From an uncultured delta proteobacterium (GTDB lineage: Bacteria > Desulfobacterota > Binatia > UBA9968), in the NCBI GenBank assembly GCA_963816145.1, contig CAWFJP010000003.1, forward strand, positions 96,001 through 160,000: 64,000 nt of DNA, written 5' to 3'. The stretch's first letter is position 1; each line of letters opens with the position of its first letter. Position numbers and translations under genes: made by a program. Below, piece after piece: positions 57,537-64,000 of the stretch. The notes beneath the pieces were generated by a model, which was not told the origin of the DNA, searched no databases, and worked only from the letters and a program-made list of their open reading frames with translations.

Positions 57537-57759
57537 CAGAAAGCGTTTCCGCCTGAGCTTTCTCGATGGCGGGATCGACCGCGGACGAATGGCGGCTATA
57601 GACTTGATTGAGATATTTCGTGATCGACTTTGGATCGTGCGAGGTTACGTAAGAGGCTAGTGCCTCGGCATAAAGGCGGCTGCGGGGTTTCTTGAGCTTT
57701 CTGGCCAGACTCTCGGCGCTCTTAAAGATCGGATCAGGAATGGAGACGGCAACTTTCAT
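57523..57759 (-). CDS. ChpI/MazE-type ribbon-helix-helix antitoxin
   Basis: MKVAVSIPDPIFKSAESLARKLKKPRSRLYAEALASYV...ITKYLNQVY. Confidence 0.8.
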   Translation of the reverse strand: MKVAVSIPDPIFKSAESLARKLKKPRSRLYAEALASYVTSHDPKSITKYLNQVYSRHSSAVDPAIEKAQAETLSDETW

Positions 57760-57899
57760 GGGTTGATGGTATCACCACGAAATTAACCTGCCAAGGCGAA
57801 TGGTTCTGGGAATGGATGGATCGCGTGAAGGTGAAAAGGTAGTGGGTCACGGTCCCGGGGGACCGCCTTCGGTCACTGCGGGATCCCTTCACGGGACTG

Positions 57900-58175
57900 T
57901 TAGCGCCAGTCCTGTGCACCGTGGTAGAAGTGCAGGACTTCGACAGTTTCGCCTTTCACCCTGTAAACCACAATGTATGGAAGCGGTGATAATACCAGCT
58001 CTCTTGTGCCGCTACGGTGGCCGGGCCTGCCCCGATTGGGCATGGTTTGGAGCGAACGGACGTGTTCGTAGATGGCCCGGACCGTCGACTCAGCAAATTG
58101 AGGATAATGCTTTTGGAGGTAATGGTTGATGTTCGTTAAGTCATCCGCGGCGGGAACAGTCCAGCGAATACGCAT
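57900..58175 (-). CDS. RelE/ParE-family toxin
   Basis: IRWTVPAADDL..I..YL, PNRGRPG..GTRELV..PYIVVYRV..VEVLHFYHGAQ. Confidence 0.9.
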   Translation of the reverse strand: MRIRWTVPAADDLTNINHYLQKHYPQFAESTVRAIYEHVRSLQTMPNRGRPGHRSGTRELVLSPLPYIVVYRVKGETVEVLHFYHGAQDWR

Positions 58176-58399
58176 CAGATTTTGAACATCGCCTCAAGCC
58201 GGGCATCCATTTCCTCTTCTTCGATAAACTCGCCACGCTCTGCCGCGTCGATGCCTTTCTGTACCGCGGCAAGAAAACGGGATTCCTCCTCCAGATAACG
58301 GGCAACGACACGTGTCGCCAATTCATCGGGTATCGTCCCGGACTTTTGGGCCAGCTGCGTAAGCTGGGCTTGCTGCTCACGTGTAAGGTGCAGTTCCAT
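58175..58399 (-). CDS. Antitoxin (CopG/ParD-like) cognate to the RelE/ParE toxin
   Basis: 74 aa, acidic C-terminus FLAAVQKGIDAAERGEFIEEEEM; stop overlaps the toxin ATG. Confidence 0.85.
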   Translation of the reverse strand: MELHLTREQQAQLTQLAQKSGTIPDELATRVVARYLEEESRFLAAVQKGIDAAERGEFIEEEEMDARLEAMFKI

Positions 58400-58840
58400 G
58401 AGGTTAGCTTAAGCAAAAACCAGAAATCTTGCAACGTGAGCAAGTCCGAACCTTTTTGATCGGCGTCGAATTCAAATCGGCGCGTCTCTGCCATGAGAGA
58501 CCGGCACAAACCGGCGCCAATGACGAAACCGGACGAACGGCGGGCGTATGGCGGCGCGATGGTTCCTACTCACCGTTTCGATATTGGAGCGGCGTTCTAA
58601 AGTCACTGGACTTCCGGTTGATTTTCAAATCCAGCACCAGACTCATGCAAATGAGCAGCATAAAGGACCGCGCCATTGCATCGGCTTTCGGATAGCGAAG
58701 GAATCACCCACGCCTTTGTTCTCTTGTTGGGCGTGACAAATCCTCACGTGGGCCTACAATAGCACACCGGCCATTTTGGGTACTCGTAATTTACTAGTAA
58801 AGTTGCAGTCTAAGATGCTGTTCTTCGCAAGGAATTTATT

Positions 58841-58918
58841 TGGCGTCCCCGACGGGATTTGAACCCGTGTTATCGGCGTGAAAGGCCGGTGTCCTGGGCC
58901 GAGCTAGACGACGGGGAC
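58841..58918 (-). tRNA. tRNA-Glu (anticodon TTC)
   Basis: GTCCCCG/CGGGGAC acceptor stem, CCGGC-CTTTCAC-GCCGA anticodon arm, GGTTCAAATCC, CCA end. Confidence 0.94.
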
Positions 58919-59094
58919 GTAATGGTGAGCCGTGCTGGATTCGAACCAGCGACCCTCTGTTCAAAAGTGCGAGCAGTAGGGAAGTTAAGACCGACACCTT
59001 ACTAGACTACATAGGTTTTTCAACCCTTTCCGCAGTAAAAAACAACCCGCAGCGAAACCCTTTCGGCGACAGTTCACGGACAAAAGACGGACAA

Positions 59095-59376
59095 TTAGAT
59101 ATCCAGAAACTTCTTGTCAATTGCCCTACGAAGAATCTTTTCCGTATAACTTTTTCGAAAATGGAAGGTCGTTTGGCTTTCCCATCGCCACCGCTTCTCT
59201 TTCTTTTCCTTACGAAAATAACCGAAGCGTATCATAGGCTCTTTTGCACCTGGCCAAAGGACTCTTTCGATCACCATAAGGTAATTTCCGCCCTTGCCGG
59301 AACTTCCGGTTTTCGAGTCGAGGGCGCGCTGTCTAAGGCGGGCGATTTCCCATCCATGGTCATCAAGGCAGCGCAA
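59095..59376 (-). CDS. Hypothetical basic protein (start uncertain, possibly truncated)
   Basis: Protein-like C-terminal half YLMVIERVLWP..MIRFGYFRK..WRWESQTTFHF. Confidence 0.4.
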   Translation of the reverse strand: MRCLDDHGWEIARLRQRALDSKTGSSGKGGNYLMVIERVLWPGAKEPMIRFGYFRKEKKEKRWRWESQTTFHFRKSYTEKILRRAIDKKFLDI

Positions 59377-59666
59377 GAAGGTGGCGAGGTTCTTCCTCTG
59401 CGTTTCCCGCGCCGCTTGGCCAGGCGGGCGCGTGGTGTTTCCTCCGAAACGGACCTCCGTCTTTAGCTAGTGAAAATATTCGACGAGACCAAGAAGGCGA
59501 ATCGTGAGTACAAAATCTCAGCACGAGCAACGGGATGTTATCCGTAAGGCGAGGTGGCAGCGCAAAGAAGAAATACACGAGGCCAAAACTGCACGAGCGA
59601 TTTGAATGTGAACGCCAAAGGCAAGCCGTAGGCGCAATCCTTCGAACGAAGTAATTCGATGGGTTT

Positions 59667-59879
59667 TCATTCGAGCATCTCGACCGCCATCGCAATGACA
59701 GTGACAATGACCAGCCCTAAAATTATGCCCATGATCCAGTCCAACGTATAACTTTTTCCTGGAAGTAGACGTTGTGATGGGGATCCCTTGTTCGTAGACC
59801 TGCAGATTATGGCGACCAGTATTGGAATCCCGAGTATCGAAATAACGAGACCAATTACGTCGAGCATTCTGTCTTGCAT
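59667..59879 (-). CDS. Small two-helix membrane protein
   Basis: GAGG-type RBS upstream; two hydrophobic stretches. Confidence 0.5.
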   Translation of the reverse strand: MQDRMLDVIGLVISILGIPILVAIICRSTNKGSPSQRLLPGKSYTLDWIMGIILGLVIVTVIAMAVEMLE

Positions 59880-59958
59880 ACAACTTCCTCTTTCGCGCCT
59901 AGCCGACCCCCCGCTAGAAGATCACCAAGATCTGCTATAGGGTGGCGTTAATATCTAT

Positions 59959-60001
59959 TTCTACGTTATAAATAGCATTATAATATATTTATAACGTAGA
60001 A
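59959..60001. promoter_or_regulatory. Perfect 16-bp inverted repeat enclosing a TATAAT box (putative operator/promoter)
   Basis: TTCTACGTTATAAATA-GCATTATAATA-TATTTATAACGTAGAA, 17 nt before ATG 60019. Confidence 0.7.
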
Positions 60002-60018
60002 TAAGGGGCTGATACAAC

Positions 60019-60519
60019 ATGAAAAAGGGGCGTCCTCCGAAATTTAAAGAACCGCGCCGTCCAATCACAGTGACTCTTCCTGAAAAGACTCTCGCGCAGC
60101 TCGCGGCTATCGACCCTGATCGTGCCCAGGCAATCGTAAAGGCAACCAACGCGGCGGTGGCGCCTGACGCGAAGGAGCGCAAGCCGGTTGAACTCATCGA
60201 GATCATGCCAGGGCTTGCCATTATTGTCGTTGGACCTAGCCGATATCTTCCAAAGATTACATGGCTTCGCTTGGTCGAGTTGGCGCCGTTACGTTTTCTC
60301 CTAACCATTCCCTCAGGCACTGCAGTCGATTCCGTCGAGTTAGCGGTTATCGATCTGCTCCAAAACCTGAAACCGAACGAGGAGTGGGAAAAATCCATAC
60401 TGGAGGCGCTCAGAGACTTGATGCGTCACTTGCGGCTCAATGGTAAACTGTCTAAGGGAGAAATCCTGTTCGTCGACACGAACCCAATCAATAACATAAA
60501 ACAGAGAAGTCGAGCTTGA
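60019..60519 (+). CDS. Hypothetical protein with putative N-terminal RHH-like DNA-binding region
   Basis: 166 aa; AAGGGG RBS; KKGRPPKFKEPRRPITVTLPEKTLAQLAAIDPDRAQAIV. Confidence 0.65.
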   Translation: MKKGRPPKFKEPRRPITVTLPEKTLAQLAAIDPDRAQAIVKATNAAVAPDAKERKPVELIEIMPGLAIIVVGPSRYLPKITWLRLVELAPLRFLLTIPSGTAVDSVELAVIDLLQNLKPNEEWEKSILEALRDLMRHLRLNGKLSKGEILFVDTNPINNIKQRSRA

Positions 60520-61271
60520 GTTGTTGACTCCAACGTGGCGCACAAACGAAAAAGACGTCCATATTCTCGCGGACGCCTCTTTGCTCTCGTGCATTCCCGT
60601 GGAGACGGAAAACTGCAAGTAAGACTTCAACTTTGTCCTGCCCGTGAAGTCAAGGTTTTTTTTGGGTCGCGGCGCTCCGAATCGCCCGCTGATTTCGTCC
60701 GATAGCCTCGACTTAGGACTGCCCGAGCGCACGTTGGCCTTGAATCTGTCGAACTCCTCGACGCCCTTGTAGGTCTCGACGAGACGTTTCTGCTCCTGGG
60801 TGAACGGCACCTTACTTTTCGCGAGGGAAGCGCATCTTCTTGTAGACGGCGTTGCCTTACCCATCGGTGGCACGCGGAAAGTTGTTGTGGGGGGGGGGCG
60901 GCGACTATCCGTGCAGAAGTTGGCGCACATGCGGGCTGTTTCCTGAGCACAAATAGTCTGCGACACTGTTGCCACGCGCACCCGTTGAGGTCCATCAGGT
61001 GCCCCCCACTGCCGCCTCCGCCAAGGCCAGCATTGTCACACGGGATAATGTTCCAGGCCATTGTGTACGGATTTACCTCCTAGCCCGCCCGCTTTCCGGC
61101 GGGTCGAAACTTAAATTCAATCCTCCATCTTTTCGGCGGAAGATTCTCGTCGACTGTTCCTATAGGGTGTTCCCGCGATGGATATCCTAAATACTCGCGC
61201 GCGGAGCCGCCGGCCTTCGAGCGTTCATTCTTAAAGAGCCGGCGAAGGGCAAGAAAAAGCGCCAGCGGAAT

Positions 61272-61451
61272 AAATACGCCGGGCTCGTCACTCACGACTT
61301 ACCGCACTGCGCTGCGCGCAACTTGTCGCGCGCCGGCGTCTGCGAGCAAATCATCAAGTCAGTCACGGGGCACAAGACGCCGAGCATGTTCCGGCGCTAC
61401 CGCATGATCGACGAAAAGCAGATTCGCGAGGCGCTGGAGAAAACTCACTAA
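61272..61451 (+). pseudogene. Tyrosine recombinase (integrase) C-terminal remnant
   Basis: KYAGLVTHDLPHCAARNLSRAGV...VTGHKTPSMFRRY: HxxR box mutated to HDLP, GH and catalytic Tyr retained; N-terminal part absent. Confidence 0.8.
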
Positions 61452-61573
61452 CACTTAAGCGAAAAACTCGCGGCCAACACGGGGCGAATATGAGAACACG
61501 GACTAAACACGGACAATCGTCCGAATCGCTATCTGAGTCGGTGCGGCAACTGCTTGAAAAATTTGGGGTTGAA

Positions 61574-61649
61574 TGGTGAGCCGTGCTGGATTCGAACCAG
61601 CGACCCTCTGCTTAAAAGGCAGATGCTCTACCGCCTGAGCTAACGGCTC
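61574..61649 (-). tRNA. tRNA-Lys (anticodon TTT)
   Basis: GAGCCGT/ACGGCTC acceptor stem, TCTGC-CTTTTAA-GCAGA anticodon arm, GGTTCGAATCC, CCA end; 76 nt. Confidence 0.96.
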
Positions 61650-61675
61650 GTCGCTGGCGGAAAAATCGAACTTCT

Positions 61676-61704
61676 TTCTTAACGGGATTATTGCCCTAAG
61701 TCAA
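61676..61704 (-). promoter_or_regulatory. Sigma70 promoter of the tRNA-Lys(-Glu) unit
   Basis: TTGACT-17 bp-TAAGAA on the minus strand upstream of tRNA-Lys. Confidence 0.5.
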
Positions 61705-61751
61705 ACAACGACAGTAATTTCGTCGGCTTAAGCCGGGCAGACTTAGAAGTT

Positions 61752-62585
61752 TCATTTTTGTTTTGGGTCGAGGATATCGCGCAAACCGTTGCCCAACGTG
61801 TTGAAGCTCAAGATCGTAAAAAAAATCGCCGCGGCGGGGAAGGCGATCATGTGCGGATAGCTGCGCATGGCGCGGTAGCCGTCTTGGGACAGCGTGCCCC
61901 AACTTGTGCCCCAACTGCTGTAAGGATCGTTGATGCCGATGCCGATGAAGCTTAGCGTCGATTCCGCCAAGATCGCCGATGGGATACTAAAAGTCAGGGT
62001 GACGATGATCGGACCAACGATGTTTGGCATGATATGCCGAAGCAGAATTCGTCCTCTTGAAGCGCCTAATGCGCGCGCGCTTTCGACAAACAATAATTCT
62101 TTTGTCTGCAATACCTGGCCGCGGGCGATGCGCGCGAAGCGCACCCAGGACACCAGGCCGAGGGCGATCAGGAGGCCGCCGATGTTTCGGCCGAACAGTA
62201 ACGATAGCAAAATGAAGATCAACATGTCCGGCAGGCCGTAGAAAATGTCGACGATGCGCATCATCAGATGATCGCAATTGCCGCCTTTGAATCCGGCCAA
62301 GAGGCCATAGGTCGTGCCCAACAGCAGTGAGATGAACGCGGTACCGAGGCCCACGGCAAGTGAAACCCTTGCGCCATAGAGAACCCGGGTGAACAAGTCG
62401 CGCCCGAGACCGTCGGTGCCCATCCAATGGCTGGCGCTCGGGGTTTGCAGCATCTGCTTTTCTTCCAGACCGCCAAGGCCGTAGGGGGCGATCCACGGCG
62501 CCAGACAGGCGGCGACAAACACAAGGCCGACGAAGAGCGCGCTGAGGGAGATGATGAGATCGAACGGTTTTTGTTCGGCGTTCAT
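61752..62585 (-). CDS. oppC: Oligopeptide ABC transporter permease (OppC/DppC)
   Basis: Start moved to ATG 62585; HWMGTDGLGRDLFTRVLYGARVSL, FVESARALGAS and AESTLSFIGIG. Confidence 0.9.
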   Translation of the reverse strand: MNAEQKPFDLIISLSALFVGLVFVAACLAPWIAPYGLGGLEEKQMLQTPSASHWMGTDGLGRDLFTRVLYGARVSLAVGLGTAFISLLLGTTYGLLAGFKGGNCDHLMMRIVDIFYGLPDMLIFILLSLLFGRNIGGLLIALGLVSWVRFARIARGQVLQTKELLFVESARALGASRGRILLRHIMPNIVGPIIVTLTFSIPSAILAESTLSFIGIGINDPYSSWGTSWGTLSQDGYRAMRSYPHMIAFPAAAIFFTILSFNTLGNGLRDILDPKQK

Positions 62586-62590
62586 AGAAA

Positions 62591-63508
62591 CTATTCGACA
62601 CGGATGCGCGGGTCGACGAAGCTGTAAAGCAGATCGACGACCAGGTTGGCGCACACCAATAGCGTTGTGTAGACCAGCGTGACGCCCATGATGAGTGGAT
62701 AGTCGCGATCGGTGACGGCGGTGATAAAGAAACGACCCATGCCGGGAATGGCGAAGACGTATTCGACGACGAATGAACCGGTCAGTAGCGCCGCTACCAG
62801 GGGACCCATGACGGTCAAGACCGGAATCAGCGAATGCAGCAGCGCGTGCTTGGCGATCACCACGGACTCTTTCAAACCCTTGGCCCGCGCGGTTCGGACA
62901 AAATCTTCCCCCATGGTTTCAATCAAGGTCGAGCGCAACAGCGATGCCAGGAACGCCGTCGGCGCCGCCCCTAAGGTGATCATTGGCAGCACTATGCTCG
63001 ACCAGTCGTCCCAACGGCCGATCTGTAGCCAGCCCAGTTGCAGCGCCACCGCCCAGATCAAGAGCGCGCCCAAGACGAAGTTGGGCAGCGAAATGCCCAG
63101 CGCCGCGAGCGACATACACAAACGATCGATGATGGAGTTGCGATAATAAGCGGCGAGAAGGCCGGCGGGAAACGCGACGAACAAAGCGAACAAGATCGCC
63201 AAGCCGCCGAGGACGATGGAGGTCGGCAGCGTGTCGGCAATGATTTCCGTGACGCCGCGATCGAGATATTTATAAGACGGCCCCAAATCGCCCTGAGCGA
63301 TGGAGCCTAAGTAGCGCAGGTACTGCTGCCAAACCGGTTCGTCGAGATGATATTTGGCTTCGAGGTTGGCGATCACTTCCGGCGGCAGCTTCCGGTCGCT
63401 ATCGAAAGGGCCGCCGGGGGCGATGCGCAGCAAAAGAAACGTCAGCGTGGCGACAACCCAGAGGACCAGCAGACCATGCAGACATCGTTTCAACAACAAG
63501 CGTAGCAT
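62591..63508 (-). CDS. oppB: Oligopeptide ABC transporter permease (OppB/DppB)
   Basis: APGGPF, GDLGPSY, FVRTARAKGL, GSFVVEYVFAIPGMG and DRDYPLIMG. Confidence 0.92.
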   Translation of the reverse strand: MLRLLLKRCLHGLLVLWVVATLTFLLLRIAPGGPFDSDRKLPPEVIANLEAKYHLDEPVWQQYLRYLGSIAQGDLGPSYKYLDRGVTEIIADTLPTSIVLGGLAILFALFVAFPAGLLAAYYRNSIIDRLCMSLAALGISLPNFVLGALLIWAVALQLGWLQIGRWDDWSSIVLPMITLGAAPTAFLASLLRSTLIETMGEDFVRTARAKGLKESVVIAKHALLHSLIPVLTVMGPLVAALLTGSFVVEYVFAIPGMGRFFITAVTDRDYPLIMGVTLVYTTLLVCANLVVDLLYSFVDPRIRVE

Positions 63509-63526
63509 GGGAAAAAAGATTCTATC

Positions 63527-63597
63527 TCACCACGAAGGCACGAAGGTCACGAAGTTCGGAATATTAATTGTCCGAAACCTTCGTGTCTTCGTGGTGA
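63527..63597. repeat. Intergenic REP-like palindrome, CACGAAG family (copy 2)
   Basis: TCAC-CACGAAG-G-CACGAAG-GT-CACGAAG-TTCGGA...TCCGAAAC-CTTCGTG-T-CTTCGTG-GTGA. Confidence 0.85.
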
Positions 63598-63612
63598 AAG
63601 GGAATTTCGTCA

Positions 63613-64000
63613 TCACGCCGTAATTGTCGCGGAGTACTCCTCAAGCTTCTTTTCCAGCCAACGCGTGTTCACATTGCCGCTGCGGTAATCGTCGTCGGCG
63701 ATGACGACTTTCAGGAATGGAATCAACGTATCGATGCCTTCGACGTGAAAGTTATCCAAAGCGCGATTGGTTTCGTCGGCCGATTCCTCGCGGCTCTTGC
63801 CGTGAACGATGAGCTTCGCCAAGAGCGAGTCGTAATACGGCGGCACGAAGTAGCCCGAATAGCAGTGGGTGTCGAGTCGAATGCCCGGACCTGTTGGACC
63901 TTGCCAGCTCGATATCAAACCAGGGCAGGGGCGAAAGCCATGCTGCGGTGATTCGGCGGTGATGCGGCACTCGATGGCGTGGCCGTTGAAGCTAATATCG
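63613..64000 (-). CDS. accC: Biotin carboxylase (acetyl-CoA carboxylase subunit), 5' part outside the window
   Basis: GHAIECRITAE..FRPCPG..GPGIRLDTH..VPPYYDSLLAKLIV. Confidence 0.88.
   Translation of the reverse strand, partial: DISFNGHAIECRITAESPQHGFRPCPGLISSWQGPTGPGIRLDTHCYSGYFVPPYYDSLLAKLIVHGKSREESADETNRALDNFHVEGIDTLIPFLKVVIADDDYRSGNVNTRWLEKKLEEYSATITA

Larger units (their letters stand above)
58921..61618. mobile_element. Decayed integrative element inserted in tRNA-Lys
   Basis: 47-bp direct repeat of the tRNA-Lys 3' half at 58921-58967 and 61572-61618 (2 mismatches); integrase remnant; tandem arm-like repeats at both ends. Confidence 0.85.

Noticed and set aside
58141-58736. ORFs 58141-58509, 58429-58695 and 58548-58736
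   Set aside because: They overlap the antitoxin or each other and have no recognisable motifs or RBS.

Overview
High-GC bacterial chromosomal segment; gene content and style suggest Candidatus Binatia or a related deltaproteobacterial-type lineage (inference). The backbone holds two tandem xanthine-dehydrogenase-family molybdenum hydroxylase gene sets (S-L-M, S-L-M), an SBP/M20/small-protein/amidase cluster, a UbiD decarboxylase, cysS, a LysM protein, NUDIX/SLT/pgsA, oppBC and the 3' end of accC. Four tRNA genes (Arg-TCG, Gly-GCC, Glu-TTC, Lys-TTT) each have accessory DNA at their 3' side. An 11.2-kb island bounded by a duplicated tRNA-Arg 3' half carries one 3-module NRPS with an N-terminal formyltransferase and no integrase. 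Behind tRNA-Gly lie an MbtH pseudogene, a 5-module NRPS split by a single frameshift and ending in an unusual acyl-ACP-reductase-like domain, and a stand-alone A-T protein with a non-canonical pocket. Next come a small catabolic cluster, a TA islet at tRNA-Glu, and a decayed integrative element that split the tRNA-Lys/tRNA-Glu pair. Three intergenic palindromes share a heptamer-triplet architecture. The best candidate novel system is a formyl-initiated, reductively terminated NRPS pathway spread over two neighbouring tRNA-linked insertions. This is a hypothesis, and several signs of decay are present.
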